A stretch of 64,000 nt of DNA from Eledone cirrhosa (GCA_964016885.1 OZ024760.1:6820001-6884000); one strand, 5' to 3'; positions 1 through 13,735 are shown, numbered from the stretch's first letter. Notes: generated by a model not told the origin, from the letters alone. Numbers and translations: made by a program.

Positions 1-350
1 ACAAGTATCGTCCACACCCTGTATGTATATATATATAATAATTAAAGGTTAATTAGCCACTAATACTTAAACATCTCAATGAATGAAATCTCTGAGAGAA
101 GCAATCTTATATATTAAAATTAAATGAGAAAAAACTCTAATTCTGGGAGTATTAACAAGATTGACAAAAAAGTATTCTATCTAACTTCACTTATATATAG
201 ATCTCCCTGCCATGGTTTCATATGGGGAAGAATTATTATTGGAACCACCAATAATTCAAGAATCTGCCATACTCTTGAGGGGAGTTTAATTCTTCAAGTC
301 TAAGAGAAATGGAAAAAGATATAATACATACTGTTTCTTTTGCTGAGGCA

Positions 351-452
<102 letters not shown>

Positions 453-461
453 TTATATACA

Positions 462-502
<41 letters not shown>

Positions 503-511
503 TTATATACA

Positions 512-557
<46 letters not shown>

Positions 558-567
558 CATATTTATA

Positions 568-606
<39 letters not shown>

Positions 607-920
607 TTATATACATATATTTATACATCATCATCATCATCATCATCATCATCGTTTAACGTCTATTTCCCACTCTAGCATGGGTTAGATGGTTTTCTTC
701 TATTTGATGCAGGAATGGTCAGGAAACCGTGTCTCACTCGTATGGAAGTGCCTCTGGCAGGTTTTTTACAGCTGGATGCACTTCCTAACACCAGCTGCAC
801 TTCCTAACACCAGCTGCCCTTCCTAACACCAGCTGCACTTCCTAACACCAGCTGCACTTCCTAACACCAGCTGCACTTCCTAACACCAGCTGCCCTTCCT
901 AAATATGTAAATATGTAAAA

Positions 921-1145
921 AAAATAAACAGAAATAACAAAATTAACAAAACAAATGGCACAGTATAATGGAAGAAATATATTAGTTTAACGCTTGAAAT
1001 AGCAAGAAGGGAGTCTGAACGTTTCGGACACTAGTCCTTCATCAGAAGATAGAGTTAGAAATAGATCAAACATAGAAAGTGGAGAGTAATAAGAGGAAGG
1101 AACGGGGGAAAGGAGAAAAGAAATTGTGGGGAAAAACAGACGCCC
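921..1145 (-). mobile_element. Penelope-like terminal repeat remnant with minimal hammerhead (family B, copy 1)
   Basis: Minus strand 1049-1014: tctt CTGATGA a ggac tagt gtcc GAAA cg TT caga. Similar copies at about 4500 and 32660; flanked by AT/CA microsatellite. Confidence 0.65.
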
Positions 1146-1146
1146 A

Positions 1147-1199
<53 letters not shown>

Positions 1200-1282
1200 T
1201 TGTGTGCATGTATATAAATACATATATACATGCACACAAACACACACACACACATATATATATATACATGTGTGTGTGTGTG

Positions 1283-1317
<35 letters not shown>

Positions 1318-1346
1318 ATGTGTGTATATAAATACATATATACATG

Positions 1347-1380
<34 letters not shown>

Positions 1381-1382
1381 CA

Positions 1383-1431
<49 letters not shown>

Positions 1432-1494
1432 ATGTGTGTATATAAATACATATATACATGCACACAAACACACACACACATATATATATATACA

Positions 1495-1545
<51 letters not shown>

Positions 1546-1612
1546 ATGTGTGTATATAAATACATATATACATGCACACAAACACACACACACACACATA
1601 TATATATATACA

Positions 1613-1659
<47 letters not shown>

Positions 1660-1726
1660 ATGTGTGTATATAAATACATATATACATGCACACAAACACC
1701 CACACACACACATATATATATATACA

Positions 1727-1765
<39 letters not shown>

Positions 1766-1815
1766 GTCTGTGTGTGTGTATGTGTGTATATAAATACATA
1801 TATACATGCACACAA

Positions 1816-1846
<31 letters not shown>

Positions 1847-1989
1847 AATACAATATCGGAGAAAGCTTATATATATATATATAAGATATATAAGATATAT
1901 AAGATATATAAGATATATATATATATCAAGATTGGAAAGTTGCATTGGTGTTTGTGCCACTGGCATAAATTTATCTAAATTCCCCACTA

Positions 1990-2031
<42 letters not shown>

Positions 2032-2695
2032 GGATAATAAGAGAGATGAGTCAATATATATGTGTGATATTTTTCTCTAGTATTTGTTTGTGATATTGTG
2101 ACTGTGTTGCTGTTTCCATTATATTATGTGTATATGTGATATTGTGTAAGTTGCTATGTAATATTGTATCTGATAACTGAAAGTATTTTGATATCATATC
2201 TGGTAGTTTATGAGAATGTGATATTGTGTATCCAATAATTATATATGTGGTAGTTATGAGAAGTTGATGTCATATCCAGTAGTTATGAGAAGTTGATATC
2301 AAATGCTGTAGTTATGAGACTGTGATATTGTATGTGGTAGTTATGAGAATGTGATGTCATATCCTGTAGTTATGTGAATGTGATATCGAATGCGGTAGTT
2401 TATGAGAATGTGATATCGTATGTGGTAGTTATGAGAATGTGATATTGTGTATCTAATAATTATGCGATATTGTTTCTGGTATTGATGTGTGTGATGTATT
2501 ATTTCCAATAGTTGTGAGTTTCTAATTGATATTGTGTTCAATAATTGTATTATATCCAATACTTGTGGTTGTCTCTGGTTTTGTTTCAAACATCTATTAT
2601 GAGCGTGTGATATATTTTTTTTACCATTAATTAAGTCTGACTGTCTTGGAGGGGGGGTTGGAAGCCTGGTATATTTCTTACTGACATTTCAAATA

Positions 2696-2790
<95 letters not shown>

Positions 2791-3026
2791 AACTCTATAT
2801 ATATCCTTATATATAAATATAACCAACAGAAAAAAAAATTGTTATCAATATATGAAACATCTCTCCCTTCTCCTCTTTTGGAGACTTTGACATAAGTTAA
2901 ACAATATATATCATCATCATCATCATCATCATCATTGTTTAACGTCCATCTTCCATGCTAGCATGGGTTAGACGGTTTTGTACCATTTGATGCGGGATTG
3001 GTCGGGAGACTGGGTCTCGCTCGTAC

Positions 3027-3190
3027 ATTCAGGACTCTGAGCTCCAGCCGTTTCGAGAGCTAGATCCAGGGTCGAATCTTTTCATAGCCGTCGGGGTCCT
3101 GAATCTTTTCATATTACCCACACTACTACCCCAAGTATTGAGTACTCTGGTGAGTAATGGTCTAGCTGCTTTTTACCACATCCTATCTGA
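3027..3190 (+). mobile_element. Fold-back + tail element, family A (Penelope-like terminus)
   Basis: attcaggac...gtcctgaat hairpin followed by tail tattacccac...gtattgagtactctggtg...ttttaccaca; same family as 14998, 30363 and 40006. Confidence 0.55.
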
Positions 3191-3688
3191 TATATATATA
3201 AGTGCAGGCATAGCTGTGTCGTTAAGGGGTTTGCTACACAACCGTGTGGTTCTGAGTTCAATCACACTGTGTGGAACTTTATAGGAAGCCATTTAACCCT
3301 GCATTGGTGTGAGATGTAACAACAGATAGGACTGGGGCCTCTATCATTAAAACCTTCATAGGTGTAACAACAGATAGGACTGGGACTCTCCTATCATTAA
3401 AACCTTCATTGGTGTAACAACATGATAGGACTGGGACTCTCCTATCATTAAAACCTTCATAGGTGTAACAACAGATAGGACTGGGACTCTCCTATCATTA
3501 AAACCTTCATTGGTGTAACAACATGATAGGACTGGGGCCTCTATCATTAAAACCTTCATAGGTGTAACAACATGATAGGACTGGGGCCTCTATCATTAAA
3601 ACCTTCATAGGTGTGAGATGTAAGTTCATTTTTATTTCATGCATCATTAGTTTTATTGTTGTTCTGCAAAAACCCGGAATAATTACCG

Positions 3689-3770
<82 letters not shown>

Positions 3771-3782
3771 TGTATGTATATA

Positions 3783-3824
<42 letters not shown>

Positions 3825-3846
3825 CATATATATATATATGTATATA

Positions 3847-3888
<42 letters not shown>

Positions 3889-3913
3889 CATATATACATA
3901 TACATATATATAT

Positions 3914-4119
<206 letters not shown>

Positions 4120-4124
4120 GTATG

Positions 4125-4171
<47 letters not shown>

Positions 4172-4172
4172 G

Positions 4173-4203
<31 letters not shown>

Positions 4204-4204
4204 G

Positions 4205-4411
<207 letters not shown>

Positions 4412-4584
4412 GTCTATATATATATATATATATGTCTATATATATATATATATACATATATATATACATATATATATATGTATATGTATATATGTATGTA
4501 AAAGGTAAACAGAAACAACAACACAATCGGTACAGAATATGGAAGGAATATATTAGGTTAACGCTTGATATAGCAGGAAGAGGG

Positions 4585-4620
4585 TCTTAACGTTTCGGAC
4601 GTTAGTCCTTCATCAGAAGA
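4585..4620 (-). ncRNA. Minimal type-I hammerhead ribozyme motif (family B, copy 2; host repeat about 4500-4690)
   Basis: Minus strand: tctt CTGATGA a ggac-taac-gtcc GAAA cg TT aaga. Stem I tctt/aaga, 4-bp stem II, palindromic minimal stem III (AACGTT). Confidence 0.75.
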
Positions 4621-4771
4621 AAGAATGAGAAATTAGAAAGATTGAAGGGACGGGCGGGGCGGAATTAGAAAAATTGTTGCTCTGGCTTCCAAATATTTAA
4701 ATTTATTTAAATTTGTATTTCTTATTCCACAATACTTCAAGCAAACTACAACAATTTGTTATATATATATA

Positions 4772-5373
4772 CCATATATAGTCGAATATAGGCCGAGGAA
4801 TATGTGACCAAAAAGTCGATGTTAAAATGGGGGGGGGGGCTTATATATGCCATCTAAACATAATTTGTTTATTAGCTAGCTACCTTGGCTTATAAAGAGG
4901 GTTTGGATTTTCACCTATTTCTCAAACATAAAATAAGGTGGGAGTGCTTATATTCAGGCATAAAATAGGGTGGGGTGCTTATATTCAGGCATAAAATAGG
5001 GTGGGGTATTTATATTCAGACATAAAATAAGGTGGGGGTGCTTATATTCAGGCATAAAATAGAGTGGGGTGCTTATATTCAGGCATAAAATAGGGTGGGG
5101 TATTTATATTCAGACATAAAATAAGGTGGGGGTGCTTATATTCAGGCATAAAATAGGGTGGGGTGCTTATATTCAGGCATAAAATAGGGTGGGGTATTTA
5201 TATTCAGATATAAAATAGAGTGGGGTACTTATATTCAGGCATAAAATAGAGTGGGGTGCTTATATTCAGGCATAAAATAGGGTGGGGTATTTATATTCAG
5301 ATATAAAATAGAGTGGGGTACTTATATTCAGACATAAAATAGGGTGGGGGTTCTTATATTCGAGTATATATGG
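4772..5373. mobile_element. Tc1/mariner (Tc2/pogo-like) MITE with internal ~33-34 bp tandem array
   Basis: Imperfect TIRs ccatatatagtcgaatata / tatattcgagtatatatgg, TA on both sides; about 4925-5350 repeats gggtgcttatattcaggcataaaatag. Confidence 0.65.
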
Positions 5374-5560
5374 TATATACCAACAGAGTAACACAGGAAC
5401 TTCAGGCTTTGGTTTGTTGGGTCAAAATTATTTTTTAAATTTTTATTTGAACCACACTTTTTTTGCGTTATGTTGCATATGCCTGGTGCATGTGAGATTA
5501 AATGCATGTTCGTTGTTGATTCTGTTAGAATGTCTGCACCTGCATGCTATTGTATTCCAG

Positions 5561-5779
5561 GACGGATGACGAATGCTTACGGGAGCTGGCCATGAGGCGG
5601 TCGTGGGCGGCGCCTTCCTCGGCAACTCTAAACAGCCTGAAAAGAAATAGTTTGTCCTCACATCAGCTGCATAGCTCCAGACTGGCCAGAGATCAAAACG
5701 ATAAAACCACATTTGAAGCCTACAAGAAAATAATTACACCAGGCTTTTATGGAACAAAGAAAGAGATTATTCCAGAATG
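5561..5779 (+). CDS. Probable internal coding exon of ZO-1/TJP1 (region upstream of ZU5)
   Basis: Acceptor tgtattccAG|5561 and donor 5779|GTaaag; 219 bp, phase 2-2, open frame TDDECLRELAMRRSW...FEAYKK...EIIPEW. Non-repetitive island, phase-compatible with the downstream exons. Assignment to ZO-1 is inference from strand, position and phase. Confidence 0.65.
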
Positions 5780-6214
5780 GTAAAGTTAATTATTAATAAC
5801 AACATACATATAGTTATTACTAACTATATGTATATACACACACACACACACATACATATATATACATACATGCATATATATATGTATGTGTGTATGTATG
5901 TATATATATGTATATATATATATATATAAATATATATATATTCTTGCTAAATATTTTTATTTTTTACAGCCTGATTTTGTTTTGTTGCATTTTTCTTTCT
6001 TTTTTTTTTTCTTTTTTTTCTTTTTTACAAACTTTTATGCTGAAGTTTTCAGAGGTCAACATTTTAAAATTAATCCTTTCTAAGTCAATAAACAAATTTA
6101 GCAGCCCAGGAGTGGGAAGTTAGTGCAATTAATATATTATTTAATAGAATGCTCTTAGTTCAGCAATGGAAAGACCAATTGAAACATTGTTTCCTTCGTC
6201 TGATCTGATATATG

Positions 6215-7035
6215 TCAGGACTCTGGCTTTACTATAGCACTGACTCAGAGCAGGAGAGTTAAGGCTAAAAAGATATCAGATGCTGAATTTGCTGACGACA
6301 TAGTTCTGGTGACAAACACAGTGAAGGGGGCAGGAGTTGATGCAGGAGGTGGAGACTGTGTCGATGGGTGTGGGGCTGAGAATGAATGAGATTAAGACAA
6401 AGTATCTGGTAGAGAATATAAAGAAGCCAGAGATTATGCATGTAGGCTAGAAGCCGCTAGAGTTGATTGTGGACTTCCTGTATCTGGGAGCAAAGATTGG
6501 GAACACAGAGGTTGATGTGGTGGAGAAGAAGAGCAAAGCCTGAGCAGTGTGTCCATGTGGAAGTCGGACCTTCGTAAAGACCTGAAGATCCGTCTCTTTG
6601 TTGCTACTGTGGAGTCTGTGCTACTGTACTGGTCTGAGACTTGGACACTGACCAAGAAACTCACTCAGATGGTGGATGGGTGCTACACGAGAATGCTGAG
6701 GATGGCTCTGAACATTAATCAGTATACACTGAGGATGAAGAACTGAGAGCTGTACGGGAGCCTCCCAAAACTCAGCTCGAAAGTAACACAGAGGAGACTG
6801 AGGTTAGCTGGACATGCTCACCGACATTCAGAGTTGACACTGCATGCAGTGCTCCTGTGGGAGCCCCTACATGGACATACTAGAAGAGAGAGACCGAGAT
6901 TGACATATGTTGATGCCCTAAGGACAAACACAGGTGTCTTGGAGACGCAGGACATGGCGGCGATGATGGACAGAGACCGCTGGAGAGAACTCGTCCCTGG
7001 ATCTCGGGAATTTTACCCGCCCTAGATAGATAGAT
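6215..7035 (+). mobile_element. RTE-clade LINE, 5'-truncated and decayed (RT C-terminal half)
   Basis: Frameshifted translation ...ISDAEFADDIVLV...GLRMNEIKTKY...LKIRLFVATVESVLLYWSETWTLTK...RPRLTYVD...DRDRWR; ends in (taga)n. Confidence 0.85.
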
Positions 7036-7424
7036 ATGTGTGTATTCAGTGGTATACGTTTCCAAACAGGAAGAGAAAAAGAAAGATATAAAATGTAAAA
7101 AAAAAGAGGAGATAGAAAAAAGGGGGAGAACTCTGCATTGTTGTCCGAGTTATTCATCTCACCTTTGTCAGTTAGACAAGATGGCGAAGACATTACCACG
7201 GACAATAGCAGCTAGTGATATCTACCGCATTAGCCATTCTACCTCATATGGGAGCTTCTTCTTCAAGGGAGAGATGCCTCTTCCCCCCTGAATTTGTGGG
7301 TTGAAACGGTGGCAGCCCGTAACCCCGATATTTGAGGACACCGGAAGTCTCTATGTATGCACTTCATTTTCATATTAATAGTATTTATTTATTTAATCAA
7401 TTTAAACGTCTGTATAGAGCTAGT

Positions 7425-7667
7425 TGTGGAGGCGTGTGGCCTAGTGGTTAGGGTGTTGGACTTATGATCATAATATTGTAAGTTCGATTCCTGGACTGGG
7501 TTTCTCCGGTATAGTCAGCTGAAAATGAGTACCAACAATAGCTGGGTTTAACCCTGTCCGGGGGGTAGTATGTACTCTCAGTCGCTTCACGCCACGGAAA
7601 CCAGGATAAATACCAGCCTGATGAGCCTCCGAGCTCGAGAGAGACTTTAGACTTTTTTTCCCTAGAG
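7425..7667 (+). mobile_element. tRNA-derived SINE with Nin/Deu-like central domain
   Basis: A box tggcctagtgg, B box gttcgattcc; 11-bp TSD atagagctagt at 7414-7424 and 7668-7678. Related copies at 24857-25150, 25917-26540 and about 50800-51603 (-). Domain name is from recalled similarity. Confidence 0.75.
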
Positions 7668-7769
7668 ATAGAGCTAGTAACCCTCGACAGACGAGAGGGG
7701 GTATCTAGTACTTCTTACAGTTGAGACAGAAAAAACAAGATTGACAGAGATAAGTGAATTTTCACTTTC

Positions 7770-8290
7770 GTGTGACGTGTAGGCCTGGGTAGCTACTTCA
7801 GCCATGACAAAGTTCCTCCGCCAGCTCGCCCTGTCAAGCATTGTCGTCTGAATTTCCTCTGCCCCAACCCGGTGTAATTTTCAAGAACATCCTTCAGTGT
7901 GATGGTTGGTCTCCCAACTCGTCCTCACACATCAAGTTTCCAGAAAAGAACTCCGCCAGCAGAGTTCATTGTGGCGTTACACATGTCCGCAGGCTAATGC
8001 GAGCCTCCCATGCCTTATGAAGTCAGAAAGGCGAAGGTGTGAGCCGTAGAGTGGTTTATTCGCTACGTGTGTTCTCCAGGATATGTTCTGGACCTTTCTC
8101 AGCATCCGGGTGAATGTGCCATTAATCCTCTTTGTTAGTGTTTTTGTCGGTCTACATTATTCAATCCGTAGAGGAGAATGGACTCAACTTGTGGCTTCAG
8201 TAGCCTCATTTTTTGTGGTTTTCTTGATCGGAGACAGTACAAAAAAACTGGAGTTATATCCGCTAGATAATTTAGTAACATCCCACTTTG
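7770..8290 (-). mobile_element. Old RTE-clade LINE fragment
   Basis: Minus translation KMRLLKPQVESILLYG...INGTFTRMLRKVQNISWRTHVANKPLYG...GRPTITLKDVLE. Confidence 0.65.
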
Positions 8291-8504
8291 TTTTCGCTTT
8301 ATAATATTTATTAATCTGCCATGAAAATATGTCTTACTAATGTTCGGAGTCGTCAATGTTTACAAATTGTCTCCCTTGAGCAAATTTTGTATGTTTTTAA
8401 AAATGCATAAAACACTAAGGGAAATAACTCTATTATACTTAATTCAACAATATTTTTCAATGTGAATTATCTCCCTTTTGCGTGGCTATTGTTTTTTTTA
8501 TTTA

Positions 8505-9790
8505 TTATTTCCGTACCCAGCTCCGCTCGTGTAAACAGATGACAGGTAGAAGGGGAGAATGACTGTATTGGATGTCTGGTTTACAGTATGAGGCGAGACG
8601 AGGTGTGTGTGCGTGTATGACAAAAGAAAAAAGCAGTAAAAAATCTTTGATACACCAGATTCTTCGTTTGACCGTTCGTGCGTAATATATGAACAACCTA
8701 CATATAACTGTCCATGGGTAAAAAGTAATTCTCTTGTATTCAATTCTACAACTTTGAAACTCTGAGCCTGAGCTTTATTTATGGTCATAGCAAAACTGGT
8801 TCTAACAGGGAACTGAAGTCTTGAGAATTTGAATGGCAGCTCGCTAGAGACGTGCAACCAAGCGAATACCCTCCATCAGGCATCTACCATACTCTGAGCG
8901 CCTTGCTTCCTTGGGCATGGATTCATTGAAGCTCCGACGCCTGGCAACTGACTTGGTAAACACCCACAAAATTGTTAACCATGTTGCCAACAACAACCCT
9001 GAGTGCCTTTTCGATTTCCATGTGTCTAACACACGTGGACATGCCCACAAAGTAAGAAAACAGCACAGTTCCCATGACTTTCGGAAACATTTTTTCACGC
9101 TCAGAGTTGCTGAAGCATGGAACAAACTACCTGCATCAGTTGTTAGCTGTCGAGACACTGCATCCTTTAAGGCCTCCATGCTTCCCGAGATCCGCCAACA
9201 CTACAGCTAACACATACAAACATGTACTTCCCTGGCATTTTTGTATTATTCTATGTACTATATTGACGAGTTGTAGTGCACCTGAGCACTTTACACAATA
9301 ATTTCATTATTATATGAGGAATCTTGGGAATAAATGCATTTTCTCGTTGATAATTGCTTCCAAGGATAGTGACCTCTAAGAGATGGTTCATCTTCTGCTT
9401 GACTATGAAGCGTGTGCCATTGCATAGACGTGGTTGGTCCAGGTTTCTCAAAAGGATGATGGGAGTTCCAATCTTTTATATTATATGTAGGTATAGATAA
9501 TTATGTATAAATGTGTGTGTGTGTGTGTGAGTAAGCCAACGTTCGAACTCGCAGAGAGAATCCCTTATGGTTGATTCCCAACCTGCTAGAAATAGCAGTT
9601 AGGTTGGTTAGAATAGCCAGGATAATTTTCTTCTTTGATTTTATAAAATTAGTATCAATAGACCTTCCTGAATATACCCTTATTCCATTGCTGTACTTAC
9701 TTTTCGATTGTCACTTTTCGTTTTTATGTGATGCACGAAGGAACCAACCAACCAACCAACAAACAAACATCTCTCTTTTATATTATGTAT
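8505..9790 (-). mobile_element. Internally deleted Helitron with Pif1-helicase C-terminal remnant (interrupted by CR1)
   Basis: 9475-9314 encodes IGTPIILLRNLDQPRLCNGTR...FIPKIP; 8843-8680 encodes ELPFKFSRLQFPVRTSFAMTINKAQAQS...HGQLYVGCS. Termini are approximate. Confidence 0.8.
8846..9313 (+). mobile_element. CR1-clade LINE 3' end (young)
   Basis: RRATKRIPSIRHLPYSERLASLG...TRGHAHK...RKHFFTLRVAEAWNKLP; (att)n tail; near-identical to 31075-31778 and 57052-57290. Confidence 0.88.
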
Positions 9791-10303
9791 ATATATTTTA
9801 TTTTTTTCTATATTTTGGTAGTTACTAAACGGAATGTGCATGTGAAAGACAACCAAACCAATGAATTAGTAATACTTGTACCTATATTGCATGAAACAAC
9901 TAATATTTCTGTTTTATTTAATTCAATTTTTGGAAATTGCCGTATTATTATTATTATTTTTTTTTTTTTTTAACATTTGTTTACATGCAAAAGTTACACA
10001 CACACACACACACCAACACACACACTACGTCTTCGTCCCGTACTGTCATAATGTTTCTCTTGATGTAAACACCATGCTTTGCAGCATAGAGTTATGGCCT
10101 TGTGCCTAAAGTAGAAACAATTATCATTATTATTGATTCTGAGTTCAAATCCCGCTGAGGTTGACTTTGCCTTTCATCCTTACGAGGTCGATTAAAATAA
10201 AGTACCAGTAATGCACTGGGTAATTGCTGGCCTTGTGCCTAAAGTAGAAACAATTATTATTGATTGTAGCTAATAAAGAAATAATAATAATTATTATTAT
10301 TAT

Positions 10304-10500
10304 AGGCAGTGGATTGGCAGTATCGGTAGAGCGTCAGACACCATGCTTTGCAGCACAGAGTTATGGCCCTTTACATTCTGAGTTCAAATCCGGCGAGGTT
10401 TAACTTTGCCTTTCATCCTTACGGGGTCAATAAAATAAAGTACCAGTAATGCACTGGGGTAATTGTTAGCCTTGTGCCAAAAGTAGAAACGATTATTATT
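10304..10500 (+). mobile_element. Abundant tRNA-derived SINE (representative copy; Meta-like core gcctttcatcctt..ggggtcgataaaataaagtacc)
   Basis: B box gagttcaaatcc, (att)n ends. Further copies at 10070-10260, 10570-10785(-), 30160, 37280-37470(-), 43335, 47265, many in 52237-58990, and 60832-61020. Confidence 0.75.
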
Positions 10501-10879
10501 AGCAATGGACAAAATGCTTATAGGTAAACATTTGTACAAGTGACAAGTCTGAAGAAGAGCTACAGAGAATAGTTTCTGATTTGGGCACAAGGCCAGCAAT
10601 TTTGGATGAGGGGAAAATCGATTAAATCAACCCCAGTGCATGACAGGTACTTTATTTTATCGATCCTGTAATGATGAAAGGCAAAACTAACCTCAGCAAG
10701 ATTTGAACTCAGAATGTAAAGGTCTTTAACTCTATGCCGCAAAACAGAGTATTCGACGCTCTACCGATTCTGCCAATTCACCGCTACATCTGATGTTTAC
10801 AGATTACGTAAACTTATTGTTACATTGGGAAACTGTTGGTAGTCAATGATGCAATATTGTGTGTATGGTTAATAAACCA

Positions 10880-11770
10880 CCATCATCATCATCAACAACA
10901 TCAACATCGCCATCATCCATCGATTTTACGTCCACTTTTCCATGCAAGCATGGGTTGGACTGGTGGTTCTCAAGCAAATCTTTGCTTACCCTACTACATT
11001 CCTTCATCTCATCTCTCAGGTTGAAAGTTCTATTATCTCTTCTCACCATCTCTGCCCATGTCGTCCTCCTCGACCTTCCTCTACTGCAGCTCCCTTCCAC
11101 TCCACTGCAATGCAAACTCATGGCCCTTCTTCAACCAATAGTCATCATCTCTATACATCACATGTCGACACCAGTGCAACATTTGATCCTTCTTATGCAC
11201 ACTTATGTTCTTGACCCATCCATGCTTTGCCCTTTATGCATAGAAACATCACACATCCATCATCATCTTCGTTTAACGTCCATTTTCCACGCTAGCATGG
11301 GCATATATATACATATATATGTATATATATATACATATATATGTATATATATATACATATATGTATATGTGTGTGTGTGTGTGAATATATACATGTATAT
11401 GTGTGTATATATATATATGTGTGTGTGTGTATGTATGTAAATGCATGTGTGTGTATGTATATATGTATTTATATATATATATATGCACATATGTATCATC
11501 ATCATCATCATTTCACATCCGCTTTTCCTTGCTTGCAAGGGTGGGACGGGTCCTTTTCAGGACAGCATCATCTCTCCATTCATCACGGTCCTTCGTCATT
11601 TCCTCTGTGAGCTTCAGCGATCTGAGGTTAGCTCAGCTCTCACCACCTCCGCCCATGATTTTCGTGGTCTTCCTCTACTGTGTCTTCCTTCCTCTGGGAT
11701 TTCTTGGCACTTCTTTACCCAGCGGTCATCCTCCATGTGCAATCACATGGCCATACCAATGCAATCTGTA
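10880..11770 (-). mobile_element. RTE (BovB-like) LINE 3' fragments with (GAT)n tails
   Basis: Minus translations such as GRSRRTTWAEMVRRD and WYGHVIAHGG.PLGKEVPRNP. Related pieces at 31945-32185(+), 42808-43190(+), 43620-43970(+) and 63000-63240(-). Confidence 0.7.
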
Positions 11771-11942
11771 AGAGAGTTTTGCTGATGGTATACTGTGGTA
11801 CTCGGATAGGAGGTGAGTTACTCTGGGAGGAAATTCAGTTGTTCACAGTTGGACTGCTAACTCTACTGTGGGGGGGTGTTCACTATACTGGGACATTTCA
11901 CATTGTCATTTTTATATATATATAGATATATATATATATATA

Positions 11943-12290
11943 TCATCATCATCATCATCATCATCATTTTACGTCCGCTTTTCCCTGCTTGCAAGGGTGG
12001 GACGGGAACTGATTCTGGCTTGATTTCTACAGCTGGATGCCCTTCCTAACACCAACCTCATTTACAGTGAGTGCTGGGTGCTTTTTTGCCGTGGCACCTC
12101 CACGACCACTTTGCAGTGGAATGATAGGGACCCCAGTCCCTATCATCTCATTTCTACAGCTGAGTAAACTGGAGCAATGTGAAATAAAGTGTCTTGCTCA
12201 AGGAAACAACACATCACCCGGTCTGAGAATTGAACTCACAACCTTTCGATTGCAAGCCCAATGCTCTAACCACTAAGCCATGTGCCTCCA
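11943..12290 (-). mobile_element. Full-length tRNA-derived SINE with RTE-derived 3' end and (GAT)n tail
   Basis: Minus head tggaggcacatggcttagtggttagagc...gagttcaattctc; tail cccacccttgcaagcagggaaaagcggacgtaaaatgatgat. Near-identical copies at 40633-41003 and 61095-61435. Confidence 0.8.
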
Positions 12291-12424
12291 TATATATATG
12301 TACATATGTATATATATGTGTGTGTGTATAATATATACACAATATTCAACACCATAACAGAAATGGTTTATGTTTGATGTCATATAACTTTTTTTTAAAT
12401 GTATATTTTATTTGTATTTGTTAG

Positions 12425-12607
12425 GGAAGCAATGGCTCCAAGTCCTGCAAATGAGGACATGAGGCCGAGAGAGAAGGACCACGACAGTGCTTTTGAATCA
12501 TACAGGAAAGATAACTCTGGTAAAATAATGACAACGTTTGGAGGTCAACCTGATGTTAATTCTAAACAACACAACAAATTAGAAACAGACCACGAGAAAT
12601 TAGAAAA
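12425..12607 (+). CDS. Probable internal coding exon of ZO-1/TJP1
   Basis: Acceptor tttgttAG|12425 and donor 12607|GTaggt; 183 bp, phase 2-2, EAMAPSPANEDMRPREKDHDSAFESYRKDNSG...HEKLE. Joins in frame to both neighbours. Confidence 0.65.
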
Positions 12608-13125
12608 GTAGGTTGAAATTTGTTTTGGGGTTTTTTTTTTGTGCAACAACCAGTTTATTTTGTGACGGAGATGAATTTGTTTTGCAAGGTTTTTTATATG
12701 AAATCGTGTGTTGAAAGAAATATTGCTATATTTTGGGAGGGTCATGTTGTTATATTGCCAATGGGAGGAAACATAATAGCATCACTGATGATGTCACAGG
12801 TGTGTAATGAAAGAACTCTGAGAGACTATATTTATATCTATATTTTTAACTGTTGATCAATCAATGATAAACATTGATTGCCAGCTAAATTAATTATAGA
12901 AATATAACATATACTGAAGTGAAAACCAACCCAAACCAAACAGTGAATGTGTTTTATTATATATTTCTGACAATATTATAACAACATGACCCTCCCCAAA
13001 TATAACAAACTAGTTTATTTTATTTTATTTTCATTTTGAATTTTTACTCTGAATTAATTGTGATTTCCTGCAGTGTTCGTTAATGTTTGTCTTCTTTGTG
13101 ATTAACTTATGCTAATTATCATAGC

Positions 13126-13735
13126 CAGTGGCAGATTAAGGTAACGTAGTGGCTGGGTGGGAGGTGACTGGAGTATAGACAGGGGGTACCACACTGTCCA
13201 AAGGTCTCCCAAATTAATCCATTTTGCTACCATGAATAATATATTATGTTCGTAGAAGATAAATTTCTCAGTCAGGGGTAGGCACCATGAAATTTAAAAG
13301 ACCTCAAATACATTTTTTTTTGCTACCATTAACCCTTTAGCATTTACATTATTCTCTATATACTATTATATTTTTATGGTAAAGGCTTTACCTCACATAA
13401 TATCGAATCTATGGGATTTTTTAAATTTATTTTGAGAACAATACCTTAACATAAGTATGAGTAGCTGGTTACAGTTGGTTTGAACAGAAAGAGGTGAGAG
13501 AATTCTGGTTGGATACAGGCAGTTTAAATGCTAAAGGGTTGATCCATTTTGATACCATGAATAATATATTATATTTGTAGATAGATAAATCTCTTGGCCA
13601 GGGTCAGACCTCACAAAATTTAAAAGACCTCAAATAAATTTTTTTTCTTTTGCTATCATTAATAATATATTATATTCGTAGCTGAAATTGTCAGCAAGAG
13701 GGTGACAGGTCACATCCAAACTTAATCCGCCACTG
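13126..13735. mobile_element. hAT-like MITE containing a nested piggyBac MITE
   Basis: TIRs cagtggcagattaag / cttaatccgccactg; TSD not clearly preserved. Confidence 0.55.
13333..13538 (+). mobile_element. piggyBac-type MITE (~205 bp), representative copy
   Basis: TTAA|CCCTTTAGCATTTA ... TAAATGCTAAAGGG|TTGA. Other copies at 42696-43291(-), 44349-44831, about 44970-45285, 48644-48851, 49550-49761, 52946-53350, 53137-53335(-), 62472-62674(-) and 62679-62876. Confidence 0.85.

Noticed and set aside
7130-7350. GC-richer island with a short ORF (LDKMAKTLPRTIAAS...)
   Set aside because: No recognised motif and no convincing splice pair; probably an unidentified repeat fragment.
7615-7650. CTGATGA in the SINE tail (also minus at about 51352)
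   Set aside because: Followed by GAGA rather than GAAA, with no stem I or III; part of the SINE 3' domain.
10545-10830. CTGAAGA as a possible SINE-split hammerhead
   Set aside because: No GAAA or stem II after removing the SINE.
12520-12525. Internal donor GTAAAA in the 12425 exon
   Set aside because: Weak site giving phase 1, incompatible with the next two phase-2 acceptors.
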